From a virus: 39,944 bases of DNA. The stretch lies in the UHGV virus genome UHGV-0147509, one strand, 5' to 3'. A program made the translations under genes and the position numbers. This document shows positions 1-9,031 of the stretch, piece after piece (the first letter of the stretch is position 1; each line of letters begins with the position of its first letter). The notes below the pieces were generated by a model. That model did not search any database. It was not told the DNA's origin and worked only from the letters and a program-made list of their open reading frames with translations.

Positions 1-2
1 TA

Positions 3-1868
3 ATGGCTAAAGCATGGAAAGATGTTATCGCCTCTCCACAGTATCAGGCGTTAACTGAAGAACAGAAAGCACAGGCTCAAGCGCAATATTTTGATGAGGT
101 TGTTGCCCCTAAGGCTGGTGACAAATGGGCTGAAGCAAGAGATCAGTTTTATGCAGCATACCCTCCGCATCAGCAGCAGAAAGAAGAACCATCATTGATG
201 CAACAAGCTGGCGATTGGCTCACAGGTGGTCAAAGTGCAGGGCAAATTGCAGAGCAGGCTGGTCGCGGTCTGGTAAACATACCATTTGACGTATTGCAGG
301 GTGGCGCAAGTCTGATTAATGCAATCAGCCAGGGGCTTGGTGGCCCCAAGGTTTTGGACGATGTCTATCGTCCAGTAGATCGACCAACAGACCCTTATGC
401 GCAAGCTGGAGAAACAATTGGCGGGTATTTAGTTCCAGGAGTTGGAACGGCAGGAAGCATGGCTATTGGATCACTGGCAGAGGCCGCAAATCAGAAAGGC
501 GATTTCGCACAAAATGCAGCTAAAAATGCCGGAGTTAACCTTGCCGCTCAGGGGGTTCTTTCCGCAGCAGCAAAGGGAATAGGGCGTGGAATTACTGCTG
601 TTCGTGGCGAAATATCACCAGCAGATCAGCAATTGCTCAAGCGTGCCGCTGCGGCAGATGTACCAGTTATGACATCGGATGTAGTTCCTCCAAAAACAAA
701 ACTTGGCAATCAACTGCAGGGTTACTCAGAAGGAGTCATAGCTGGTACTGGACCAATGAGAGCCGCACAGCAGGATGCCAGAACCAAGCTTGTTAATCGC
801 TTCACCGAAAAATACGGCGACTACGATCCATCTGTAGTCGTTGATAGTCTAAAGTCAGGCGTTGCAAGGGAAAAATCGTTAGCCAAGTCAAAACTAAACA
901 GCCTGTCAGGAAGAATGGTTGGAAAGCCAGTTGATACAAGTGGCGCCATAAGAGCTATCGACGGAGCAGTAAACGAACTTGGGAAACTTAAAGGTGTTTC
1001 TGACACCCAGACCATTTCTGCGCTTAATGATTATAAGAATGCCATTCAGGAGATAACAAATGGAGATGATGCCTTTGAGTTACTTGATAAGCTGAGAACT
1101 CAGTTCCGCATTGACGTAAAAGGCGATCGTACAGTTCTGCCATCAATGTCGCAAACAATGGTCGACAGGGTCTATAACTCGCTAACCAATAGCCTTAGTA
1201 AATCTATAGCGAAAGGACTTAGCCCAAAAGATGCTTCAGCATGGAGAGCGGGAAAAGCTGATTATGCAAAAATGGCAACACATGCAACTCAAACGCGCCT
1301 TAAAAACGTTCTAAACAAAGGAGATTTAACTCCCGAGGCTGTAAATACCATTGTGTATGGACAATATGGGTCAGATATAGCTCGATTGTACGGGAAACTC
1401 GATCAAAAAGGTAAAGACATGCTAAGGGCGGCATATATCAGCAAAATAGCTGACAAGGTAGGTGACAGCCCTCAGAAAATGATGACCGAGCTTGGCAAGC
1501 TGCAAAAACAAGCAAATGGTCAGGTGTTTAAAACTGTATTTGGTGGGAAGAACGGAAAAGAGATAGAGGGGATGTTATCTATTCTCGATGCTACCAAAAG
1601 AGCATCTGAGGCTAATGTTGTGACGAAGACTGGCATGACACTCGCGCCTTTGGTAAGGGTTATTGGTAACCTAAAAACCGGAGGCGCGCTATTGGCTGGG
1701 GAAACAGGGATTGGCCTTATGTCGAGGGTTTATGAAAGCCCTATGGCCAGGAATGCGCTCTTACGTCTGGCAAACACCAAAGCAGGAACGCTAGCCTATG
1801 AAAGAGCATTAAGTAACGCTGCAAATGCCATCAGACCGCTGCTTGCCACTGAGGCAACACAGCAGTGA
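3..1868 (+). CDS. 16: DNA ejection (injection) protein, P22 gp16-like
   Basis: 621-aa ORF; ATG at 3 overlaps TAA at 1-3 (TAATG junction with the preceding gene); last member of the gp14-gp7-gp20-gp16 syntenic block that wraps around the window ends. Confidence 0.7.
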   Translation: MAKAWKDVIASPQYQALTEEQKAQAQAQYFDEVVAPKAGDKWAEARDQFYAAYPPHQQQKEEPSLMQQAGDWLTGGQSAGQIAEQAGRGLVNIPFDVLQGGASLINAISQGLGGPKVLDDVYRPVDRPTDPYAQAGETIGGYLVPGVGTAGSMAIGSLAEAANQKGDFAQNAAKNAGVNLAAQGVLSAAAKGIGRGITAVRGEISPADQQLLKRAAAADVPVMTSDVVPPKTKLGNQLQGYSEGVIAGTGPMRAAQQDARTKLVNRFTEKYGDYDPSVVVDSLKSGVAREKSLAKSKLNSLSGRMVGKPVDTSGAIRAIDGAVNELGKLKGVSDTQTISALNDYKNAIQEITNGDDAFELLDKLRTQFRIDVKGDRTVLPSMSQTMVDRVYNSLTNSLSKSIAKGLSPKDASAWRAGKADYAKMATHATQTRLKNVLNKGDLTPEAVNTIVYGQYGSDIARLYGKLDQKGKDMLRAAYISKIADKVGDSPQKMMTELGKLQKQANGQVFKTVFGGKNGKEIEGMLSILDATKRASEANVVTKTGMTLAPLVRVIGNLKTGGALLAGETGIGLMSRVYESPMARNALLRLANTKAGTLAYERALSNAANAIRPLLATEATQQ

Positions 1869-1885
1869 CTAAATGCCATGGATGG

Positions 1886-2122
1886 TTATTTCCCTAGCAC
1901 ATGAAACAATGTTTGCTTTAATTCCACCCATACAATTATGACCACTATAGACAGACAAAAGAAACTGAATGCATTGGCATCACGATCGAAACCTTCTCCG
2001 GCACTAAATCCGTAAAAGGTCATAAAAAATATAAAAATTGCGCACTTTGCAACGTTTACAAATTTTTTCTTCACACCAACCTCCTTAGTTTTCCTAGCAG
2101 TGGCACTGAGTGAATGGAACAA
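1886..2122 (-). CDS. hypothetical small membrane protein (two predicted hydrophobic helices)
   Basis: 78-aa ORF with TTG start and no clear SD; hydrophobic stretches AIFIFFMTFYGF and FFCLSIVVIIVWV; AT-rich; last ORF of the minus-strand cassette downstream of mnt. Confidence 0.35.
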   Translation of the reverse strand: MFHSLSATARKTKEVGVKKKFVNVAKCAIFIFFMTFYGFSAGEGFDRDANAFSFFCLSIVVIIVWVELKQTLFHVLGK

Positions 2123-2143
2123 GAAGATAGCTGATGAGGTGAG

Positions 2144-2593
2144 CTAAAATATATATTTAGCTATCCCTAAAAGAGCAAATCCAGTCCCTATGGTCCATAG
2201 TATTTGCTTGTTTACTGCAGTAGAGATCAATGTCTGGACTTCGCTCTTACTCGGTTTTTTTGATAATTTTTCGTCTACATCTACTATTTTTTGCAGGACC
2301 ACCGCAACATCTCTGGATGTATCAGCTGAGATATCACGCAAACGAGAGATGTCAGACCTTGCCTCAGATAGATTGGTCTTAATGTTTTCAACATCTGCCT
2401 CTAACCGTGCAACCCTAGCCTCAAGCATGTTGTTACTCCCAGCTCCACCACCACTTGATTGTAGCATGCCCATATTCATGCCAGACATTCCTGATGACTG
2501 AGAAATTGGATTTGTGTACAAAGATGATGATTTTTCCGCTTGTTCAAGCTTTTCAGTTAGATTTGGAGCTTCGTAATAATCGTGTTTCATCAT
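2144..2593 (-). CDS. hypothetical tail-anchored coiled-coil membrane protein (XhlA-like architecture)
   Basis: 149-aa ORF, ATG start 3 nt after the upstream stop; Gly/Ser/Met-rich low-complexity segment, heptad-like LEARVARLEADVENIKTNL region, C-terminal hydrophobic helix ILWTIGTGFALLGIAKYIF; AT-rich. Confidence 0.6.
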   Translation of the reverse strand: MMKHDYYEAPNLTEKLEQAEKSSSLYTNPISQSSGMSGMNMGMLQSSGGGAGSNNMLEARVARLEADVENIKTNLSEARSDISRLRDISADTSRDVAVVLQKIVDVDEKLSKKPSKSEVQTLISTAVNKQILWTIGTGFALLGIAKYIF

Positions 2594-2596
2594 TGA

Positions 2597-2866
2597 TTAC
2601 GACTCGTTTGTTTTAGCCTTATAATGTTGGTCGCGAATGAAGTCCGCCAATTTAAGCATCAATTCTTCAGGCATTCTAATGGTGGCAATATTGTACTTTA
2701 TGTTTTCAACATCACCGCTTTCATCAACAGGCCATTCAGTTACATTATGAAAAAAAGAAATTGAACCTAATCGCTGGGAACCGTCACCAAATGAAGAGTA
2801 TCCAAATGAGTCAGCATATGCATCGACACAGTTATTTGATTTTTTAACAAGCTCTTTATTACTCAT
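2597..2866 (-). CDS. hypothetical protein
   Basis: ORF 2597..2881; internal ATG at 2866 gives an 8-nt overlap with the mnt stop (ATG at 2881 would overlap mnt by 23 nt); tightly packed with mnt and the downstream ORF. Confidence 0.5.
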   Translation of the reverse strand: MSNKELVKKSNNCVDAYADSFGYSSFGDGSQRLGSISFFHNVTEWPVDESGDVENIKYNIATIRMPEELMLKLADFIRDQHYKAKTNES

Positions 2867-3116
2867 TCTTTTCTTTTCCATAAAGTTTTTTTAAAGTTTC
2901 GAATACCATATTTTTTACGATATCCGAATGTTCATCAGCCAAGCGTTCAGCTTCGTTGCGATAGCCTGCAATCGGTGATGGCTTTGAGAGAGCATCCTGA
3001 ACGATTTGTAATAACTCAGAGTTCATTGACCTTCCGTTAGCCTCGGCTCTTAATTTCAATTTTTCTCTTACTTCCAAAGGCATACGGAAGTTAAAGTGCG
3101 GATCATCTCTAGCCAT
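2859..3116 (-). CDS. mnt: Mnt repressor (ribbon-helix-helix, immI maintenance repressor)
   Basis: 85-aa protein MARDDPHFNFRMPLEVREKLKLRAEANGRSMNSELLQIVQDAL closely matches recalled P22 Mnt; divergent from arc across the Pant/Omnt region. Confidence 0.9.
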   Translation of the reverse strand: MARDDPHFNFRMPLEVREKLKLRAEANGRSMNSELLQIVQDALSKPSPIAGYRNEAERLADEHSDIVKNMVFETLKKLYGKEKNE

Positions 3117-3138
3117 GCCATCACTCCAAGTTAGTGTA

Positions 3139-3190
3139 TTGACATGATAGAAGCACTCTACTATATTCTCAATAGGTCCACGGTGGACCT
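3139..3190. promoter_or_regulatory. Pant promoter with Arc operator and Mnt operator (immI control region)
   Basis: TTGACA at 3139-3144, 17-bp spacer, TATATT at 3162-3167; ATGATAGAAGCACTCTACTAT at 3144-3164 matches the recalled P22 arc operator; perfect palindrome AGGTCCACGGTGGACCT at 3174-3190 matches the recalled mnt operator. Confidence 0.8.
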
Positions 3191-3206
3191 ATATTGTGAG
3201 GTGAAC

Positions 3207-3365
3207 ATGAAAGGAATGAGCAAAATGCCGCAGTTCAATTTGCGGTGGCCTAAAGAAGTATTGGATTTGGTGCGCAAGGTAGCTGAAGAGAACGGGCGAT
3301 CTGTTAACTCTGAGATTTACAAGCGGGTGCTGGACAGCCTGAAGAGAGAGGGGATAACGGTATGA
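3207..3365 (+). CDS. arc: Arc repressor
   Basis: MKGMSKMPQFNLRWPKEVLDLVRKVAEENGRSVNSEIY is near-identical to recalled P22 Arc; the ORF-track start at 3144 lies inside the Pant/operator region and is rejected. Confidence 0.95.
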   Translation: MKGMSKMPQFNLRWPKEVLDLVRKVAEENGRSVNSEIYKRVLDSLKREGITV

Positions 3366-3631
3366 AGGTGTCATTGCTTGATCGTTCTTTACAATTTTTG
3401 TCTGGCGCAATCATTGTAGTTTGCTTGCTCGTGATTTTTACATCGTTAATCAATATGTATCAATCAGGGGAACGATTGACAAAGACGATAGAGGAAAAGA
3501 AATCAGTCTCAAATTACGAGGTATCACATGCACATAACGATTTAGTAGAAAGCCTTGACCGTATTAACAAGAGGCTTGACGAGACAAATATGCTACTTAA
3601 GCAAATTCAAAATGAAGTGGAAAAACGTTGA
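3362..3631 (+). CDS. hypothetical membrane/coiled-coil protein inserted between arc and ant
   Basis: 89-aa ORF; ATG overlaps the arc stop (ATGA); purine-rich SD-like run upstream; N-terminal hydrophobic helix [15 protein letters not shown] followed by a charged coiled-coil-like region; AT-rich. Confidence 0.6.
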   Translation: MKVSLLDRSLQFLSGAIIVVCLLVIFTSLINMYQSGERLTKTIEEKKSVSNYEVSHAHNDLVESLDRINKRLDETNMLLKQIQNEVEKR

Positions 3632-3661
3632 AGCCCCAACTGCGGGAACAGTCAGGGCTTC
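3630..3661 (-). terminator. stem-loop with U-run on the minus strand (candidate terminator of an antisense sar-like RNA)
   Basis: GAAGCCC at 3630-3636 pairs with GGGCTTC at 3655-3661; on the minus strand the stem is followed by AACGTTTTT; lies just upstream of the ant ribosome-binding site. Confidence 0.35.
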
Positions 3662-3693
3662 GGTATCAACAAATCGGATTAGGAAATATTGAC

Positions 3694-4572
3694 ATGAAAA
3701 GTATAGCAAAGGCACAAAACGATTTCACCATCTTCAAATTCGGCGACAGTGAAATCCGCGTCATCAACAAGTGCGGTGAGCCGTGGTTTGTGGCAAAAGA
3801 TGTTTGTGATGCTTTAACTCTGACTAACTCACGCAAGGCGCTTACTGCACTTGATGACGATGAAAAGGGAGTAACTTTAAGTTACACCCTTGGTGGTGAG
3901 CAGAATCTAAGCATTGTTAGCGAATCAGGTATGTATACATTGGTTCTGCGCTGCCGCGATGCTGTCAATAAAGGTTCAGTCCCGCACAAATTCCGCAAGT
4001 GGGTAACAGCAGAAGTTCTGCCTTCGATTCGCAAACATGGAGAGTATGTGAAAGGCAAGAAAACCACTGTTGAGCAAAGAACACCGCTACGCGATGCAGT
4101 AAACATGCTGGTAGGAAAGAAAGGACTTCGCTATGACGATGCATACAATATGGTTCATCAGCGTTTTGGTATTGACAGCATTGATGAACTTTCAATTGAA
4201 CAAATCCCGCTGGCCGTAGAGTACATCCACAGGGTAGTGCTTGAAGGTGAGTTCATTGGCAAACAAGAGAAGAAAACCAACGAGCTTTCTGCAAAAGAAG
4301 CAAACAGCCTTGTATGGCTATGGGATTATGCTAACCGTTCACAGGCATTATTCCGCGAACTGTATCCGGCATTAAAACAAATTCAATCGAACTATTCCGG
4401 CAGATGCTACGACTACGGTCATGAATTCTCGTATGTTATCGGAATGGCGAGAGACGTTTTAATAAACCACACACGAGATGTTGATATTAATGAGCCAGAC
4501 GGACCAACGAATCTTTCCGCATGGATGAGACTTAAGAATAAAGAATTACCTCCTTCAGTTCATAACTACTGA
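3694..4572 (+). CDS. ant: antirepressor Ant (Bro-N/KilA-N-type N-terminal domain)
   Basis: ATG at 3694 preceded by AGGAAA; [30 protein letters not shown] is a typical Bro-N motif; position after arc; the ORF track extends to a TTG at 3628. Confidence 0.7.
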   Translation: MKSIAKAQNDFTIFKFGDSEIRVINKCGEPWFVAKDVCDALTLTNSRKALTALDDDEKGVTLSYTLGGEQNLSIVSESGMYTLVLRCRDAVNKGSVPHKFRKWVTAEVLPSIRKHGEYVKGKKTTVEQRTPLRDAVNMLVGKKGLRYDDAYNMVHQRFGIDSIDELSIEQIPLAVEYIHRVVLEGEFIGKQEKKTNELSAKEANSLVWLWDYANRSQALFRELYPALKQIQSNYSGRCYDYGHEFSYVIGMARDVLINHTRDVDINEPDGPTNLSAWMRLKNKELPPSVHNY

Positions 4573-4590
4573 CAGAGAACCAACGCAACG

Positions 4591-4614
4591 ACCCAGCTTC
4601 GGCTGGGTTTTTTT
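4591..4614 (+). terminator. rho-independent terminator after ant
   Basis: ACCCAGC-TTCG-GCTGGGT hairpin followed by TTTTTTT. Confidence 0.8.
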
Positions 4615-4672
4615 ATGCCCAAAATTCACCGTAGCCATGCTGCGGCGATTCCTTGTATCTGGAGCAAATTAA

Positions 4673-6661
4673 ATGACAGACATTACAGCCAATGTTGTAG
4701 TGAGCATGCCTTCGCAACTCTTCACTATGGCTCGTTCTTTTAAAGCTGTAGCTAATGGCAAAATTTATATCGGTAAAATTGACACTGACCCGGTAAATCC
4801 TGAAAACCAGATTCAGGTTTATGTGGAGAACGAAGACGGTTCTCACGTTCCTGTTGCACAGCCAATCATCATTAACGCCGCTGGTTATCCTGTATATAAC
4901 GGACAGATTGCCAAATTCGTTACCGTGCAAGGCCATTCTATGGCTGTTTATGATGCGTATGGGGCGCAGCAGTTCTATTTTCCGAATGTGCTAAAGTATG
5001 ACCCGGATCAGTTAAGAACCGAACTATCTATTAACGGTGGTGCCGGATTAGTTGGCGCAGGAGTTATATCTAGAGGTAATGATAAGTTTTCAATAATGCA
5101 GGGCAGGACATCAGAGTATTTAAATGATGGTCTTACATACGGTATTGGTATCATTATTAATGATTCAATTGTTGGTTCTGTTCCTAATGCAAGCACAGCT
5201 AAAATAAACTATATCATGATTAATGATGACAGAATTAATGCTGTTGATGACCAATCGGCAGGCACAAAAGTTGACGGGTTTTTAGTTCACCATAATTTCG
5301 GATATCAAGAAGCAAAAGGTGGCAGACACGCCGGAGAGTTTGTTTTAACTCACGAAGCAGCCACAAACTTAGAAAATCCTGATAGAAATTATGTTGGTGT
5401 TGTTGGTCTTGCGGTTTCACAAAATGGTGATGGTGGAACGATATCATCATTACCTGGTACATTCAAAGGAGCATATTTTGGCGGAAATATGTATGGACGC
5501 CTGGATTCTGCTGCGGTTGGAGTTTATAACGTTACAGGGTGTGAGTTTAATGTTTCCGCGTTAGTAGGTTCATCTGTATGGTATCGATCAGGTATTCAGA
5601 TTGTCGGTGGTGGTGATGTTCGAGGTACTGCTGTAGATACTGGTATTGCCTTATCAAACCTTTCTACTTCAACCGTTCGCTGGAAAAACGCTATTCGCAT
5701 AGGCAACATGAATGGGGGGCACGCCCTAGGAGGAGATAGTAAAATACTTGTTGCATTTACAGATGTGCCATCCATAACATCAGGATTCGAGATACCAAAA
5801 TGCTCATCAATGATATTGATGTCAGGTGACGTTACTTTACAAAATAGTAAATTGAATATCGCATCTGTTGGCTCATCTATTGAACTTGGTAGTACAACAG
5901 ATTCCGGTGTTTCATATATTGACTTTCACTCAAGCGGAAATAATGTTGATAACGATGGAAGGATTTTCTGTTCTGGTGGTTCTGAAGATTCTGGTGATGG
6001 GACTATTGGATTTAATTCTTCAATCATTCAACTTAACTCAAAAACAGAAATAGTCATGGGGTCTGGCATTAGACCATCTCTTGACAACACCTATGATTAT
6101 GGAACAGCTTCCAAAAGAGGAAGAACAGCGTATTTTGGTACCGGGTCAATTAATACATCTGACTCTCGCCATAAACCAATCAAAGAAAAAATACCAGAAT
6201 ATATTCTTGACGCGTGGTCAGAAGTAGACTGGGGGACATGGTTTAAATTTGATGACGCAATAGCGATAAAAGGAGAAGATGGTGCGAGATGGCACTTTGG
6301 ACTGATTGCGCAGCGTGTTGAAAAAGTTTTTTCATCACATGGAATAGATGGATTTAAGCTTGGCTTGCTATGTTATGACTCATGGGATGACGTTTACGTT
6401 GATGTGCAGACAAATATAGGGGAGGTGGTAAAAAAAACAAGAGAAACGAGCGATGGAAATACAGAAGAATATACTGAACCTGCCCCTGCAAAATTTAAAA
6501 AGGTTCTTGATACACCAGCTGGTGAAAGATACGGAATTCGTTATGAGGAGGCCTTGTCTCTCGAGGCTGCATTACAACGGCGTAACTACTTTCGTTTGCT
6601 GGAGAAACAAAAAGAGTTAGTTATGCGTATTGAGAAAATAGAGGGTATACTTGGAATGTAA
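4673..6661 (+). CDS. tailspike protein (P22 gp9-like head-binding N-terminus, divergent receptor domain, C-terminal intramolecular chaperone-like domain)
   Basis: N-terminus [43 protein letters not shown] closely matches recalled P22 gp9 head-binding domain; C-terminal region with SDSRHK motif resembles peptidase S74 auto-cleaving chaperone domains; SD GGAG upstream. Confidence 0.85.
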   Translation: MTDITANVVVSMPSQLFTMARSFKAVANGKIYIGKIDTDPVNPENQIQVYVENEDGSHVPVAQPIIINAAGYPVYNGQIAKFVTVQGHSMAVYDAYGAQQFYFPNVLKYDPDQLRTELSINGGAGLVGAGVISRGNDKFSIMQGRTSEYLNDGLTYGIGIIINDSIVGSVPNASTAKINYIMINDDRINAVDDQSAGTKVDGFLVHHNFGYQEAKGGRHAGEFVLTHEAATNLENPDRNYVGVVGLAVSQNGDGGTISSLPGTFKGAYFGGNMYGRLDSAAVGVYNVTGCEFNVSALVGSSVWYRSGIQIVGGGDVRGTAVDTGIALSNLSTSTVRWKNAIRIGNMNGGHALGGDSKILVAFTDVPSITSGFEIPKCSSMILMSGDVTLQNSKLNIASVGSSIELGSTTDSGVSYIDFHSSGNNVDNDGRIFCSGGSEDSGDGTIGFNSSIIQLNSKTEIVMGSGIRPSLDNTYDYGTASKRGRTAYFGTGSINTSDSRHKPIKEKIPEYILDAWSEVDWGTWFKFDDAIAIKGEDGARWHFGLIAQRVEKVFSSHGIDGFKLGLLCYDSWDDVYVDVQTNIGEVVKKTRETSDGNTEEYTEPAPAKFKKVLDTPAGERYGIRYEEALSLEAALQRRNYFRLLEKQKELVMRIEKIEGILGM

Positions 6662-6795
6662 ATTTTATATATCACAGTATATCTAGACACATTATGTGTC
6701 ACTTACCTATATGAATGGCGTGGCAACAAAAACTGTGGCATATAAGCTTTGCACTGGATTGCAAGGCTTTGTGCTATTCGATAGTTTAAGGTCGC

Positions 6796-7953
6796 TCACT
6801 CTACCTTTTCATCAAGCCAGTCCGCCCACCATTGCATCATTTCTCTGCGTTTATCGAGATACTGAGCATGGTTGTAAATCCCACGCACAGATCCGCCGTT
6901 GGCATGTGCCAGTTGCACTTCAATGGCGTCAGCAGGCCATTCGTGCTCGTTCATAATTGTGCTGAATTCATGCCTGAATCCGTGACCGCTTTCCAGACCC
7001 TCATAGCCGATTTGTTTGATCACAAGCAATACCGCGTTCTCGCAGATTGGCTTCTTCTTATCGTTGCGCCCGGCAAAAACAAACTCTGATACTGGTTTAG
7101 TGATGGAGCTTAGCGTAATGAGAAGTTCAACTACCTGGTCTGACATAGGAACCACATGAATTTTGCGTCCCTTCATCACATTGGCGTCGATGGTGATAAT
7201 CCTGTTTTCAAAATCGACGTTCTTCCATTGCATGGAACGAAGCTCTTTCGTTCTTAGGGCTGTGTAGCGTAAAACTTTGGTCGCAATGAGCGATACGATA
7301 CTTCCTGAAAATGTTGCCAGTGCTTTGTTGAATGCCGGGATCTGGTCTGCAGGAAGAAACGGGAAGTTCTTCTTGCGGTATCCCTTCATGGCGTCAGCAA
7401 GGTCAGGTGCCGGGTTATATTTAGCCCTTCCGGTGACAATAGCGTAACGGAAAACCTCTCCGCATCTTCTGCGTGCTTTGTTGGCTCGCTCCATTGCACC
7501 GCGATCTTCAAATCTGCGGATTACTTCCAGCAGTTGCATCGGCTCAATATCCTGAATTTCAAGGCCGCCGATGATAGGTAAAATGTCGTCATCAAACATT
7601 TTTGCAAGTTCATTTGCATATCCTACTGACCAGACTTGCTTCTTGTGCTCGTACCATTCCTTGTAAATGGCGCTAAAGGAATTGTTGTTAGACGAAGCCT
7701 TTTTCGCCTTTACCGGATCGATGCCGACTGAGATCTCTTTCCTCGCAGTCCATGCTTTATCCCTTGCCTCCTGCAAAGTCATAAGCGGATATTTTCCGAC
7801 GGTCAGGATTTTCTCCTTACCGTCAATCTTGTAGCGAAGCTGCCAGACCTTTTTTCCGGATACAGGGACATAAAGGTACAGGCCATTACCATCGAGAAGG
7901 CGGTATGGTTTTTCTTTCGGCTTTGCTGCTTCAATCTGCTTAACGGTGAGCAT
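6796..7953 (-). CDS. int: tyrosine integrase, P4 family
   Basis: N-terminus MLTVKQIEAAKPKEKPYRLLDGNGLYLYV is a typical P4-type arm-binding region; C-terminal HGFRHEF and RGIYNHAQY catalytic motifs; ATG at 7953 preferred over the upstream GTG at 7989. Confidence 0.9.
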   Translation of the reverse strand: MLTVKQIEAAKPKEKPYRLLDGNGLYLYVPVSGKKVWQLRYKIDGKEKILTVGKYPLMTLQEARDKAWTARKEISVGIDPVKAKKASSNNNSFSAIYKEWYEHKKQVWSVGYANELAKMFDDDILPIIGGLEIQDIEPMQLLEVIRRFEDRGAMERANKARRRCGEVFRYAIVTGRAKYNPAPDLADAMKGYRKKNFPFLPADQIPAFNKALATFSGSIVSLIATKVLRYTALRTKELRSMQWKNVDFENRIITIDANVMKGRKIHVVPMSDQVVELLITLSSITKPVSEFVFAGRNDKKKPICENAVLLVIKQIGYEGLESGHGFRHEFSTIMNEHEWPADAIEVQLAHANGGSVRGIYNHAQYLDKRREMMQWWADWLDEKVE

Positions 7954-8202
7954 GGGTAAAAATCCGGTGGGTAAAATTATTTTATCCACTTTTTACCCGT
8001 CATGGTGTGCGGCTGTCAACGATCTGACGCGAACCATGCCGAACTGTGAATCTACGGAAGGCTTGATATTCAGGGGATTTCGCGGACTGGTACGGATGGG
8101 AGCGAACTGATAAATGGTGTCCCCTGCAGACATCTACTTGACGAGGCAGGGGATTGATTGGAATGGTGTTTTTTAGATGTGAGAAATATTTTACCCGCTA
8201 TT

Positions 8203-8403
8203 TTACCCATTGGCGCGGCTTAAAAGCTTATTCTTGAATTCACAATGGTCACGATATAACCATCTTGCTCGCCCGTGGATAACTTTGGCTTTTGGCAGGT
8301 CGCCGGACTTAATCCGGTCGTAGATGAAGGTTTTACCAAAGCCAGTATCAGCCATGATGAATTTCAAATCAACCAGGGAATCAGGCTGTAGTTCGTGTTG
8401 CAT
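8203..8403 (-). CDS. xis: excisionase / AlpA-like DNA-binding protein
   Basis: 66-aa ORF immediately upstream of int on the same strand; GRARWLYRD-type motif typical of AlpA/Xis family proteins. Confidence 0.65.
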   Translation of the reverse strand: MQHELQPDSLVDLKFIMADTGFGKTFIYDRIKSGDLPKAKVIHGRARWLYRDHCEFKNKLLSRANG

Positions 8404-8422
8404 GAGTGCTATCTCCGAATAG

Positions 8423-8438
8423 GGAATCGAACCTGCAA
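8423..8438 (-). other. tRNA-Arg (argW) T-arm-like 16-mer, candidate attP core or remnant
   Basis: Minus-strand TTGCAGGTTCGATTCC matches the recalled T-stem/loop of E. coli argW; similarity ends after this block, with no acceptor stem or CCA, so not a tRNA gene. Confidence 0.35.
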
Positions 8439-8448
8439 ATCAGGTAAT

Positions 8449-8470
8449 AAAAAAACCGCATTGATGCGGC
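8449..8470 (-). terminator. candidate intrinsic terminator on the minus strand upstream of xis-int
   Basis: CCGCA-TTGA-TGCGG hairpin at 8456-8469 preceded on the plus strand by an A-run (a U-run after the stem on the minus strand). Confidence 0.5.
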
Positions 8471-8528
8471 GATGGTAGGTCTGGATATCTTGAGAAATGA
8501 ACAGTCCTCATCGAGTGTGAGGCTGTGG

Positions 8529-8873
8529 TTAGTCCTTGCGTAACTCGCTAATTCTTCTGTAAGTCTCTGGTGCTTTGTTTCCGTGTATCTTCATTTCAGA
8601 CTTCAACAGAGCAACGAGGGAATCCCATTCGTTGAGGATTCCTTTGAATGCCGGAACGCGCTTTGCAACCTTGTCGAATGAATCTCTTATTTCTGGGATC
8701 TGCTCAACAAGTGAAACGCATCGTCTGAAATCTGCTGCGTCATGGGGAGCGCCGAAGTGATGACCATAGATATTCTTTTTCAGTCCACATGCGATTGAGG
8801 CAAGAGTTGCGCTACTGATGCCGACATCGCCAGTCGATTGCCATTTCAAAATCTTCATAGCCAAATCTGACAT
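8529..8873 (-). CDS. hypothetical early protein
   Basis: 114-aa ORF with ATG start in the leftward early (ea) region. Confidence 0.55.
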   Translation of the reverse strand: MSDLAMKILKWQSTGDVGISSATLASIACGLKKNIYGHHFGAPHDAADFRRCVSLVEQIPEIRDSFDKVAKRVPAFKGILNEWDSLVALLKSEMKIHGNKAPETYRRISELRKD

Positions 8874-9031
8874 TTCTTGTCTCCATAAAACAAAACCCGC
8901 CGTAGCGAGTTCAGATAAAAGAAATCCCCGCGAGTGCGAGGATTGTTATTGTCTTTGCTTCGTGCATTTGTCGCACTTTCTGCACCATCCAGATAGGCAC
9001 ATCCGTCCGCAATTAACACATATAGGCCACA

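Noticed and set aside
192-1015. Minus-strand ORFs 192..404 and 821..1015 inside gene 16
   Set aside because: Antisense to a well-supported structural gene, with odd composition and no RBS.
3144-3206. N-terminal extension of arc suggested by the ORF track (start at 3144)
   Set aside because: The extension lies inside the Pant promoter and the Arc/Mnt operators; the conserved Arc sequence starts at the ATG at 3207.
8404-8450. Possible tRNA gene upstream of xis
   Set aside because: Only a 16-nt T-arm-like block matches a tRNA; there is no acceptor stem, anticodon arm or CCA end, so it is a fragment (possible att core), not a gene.
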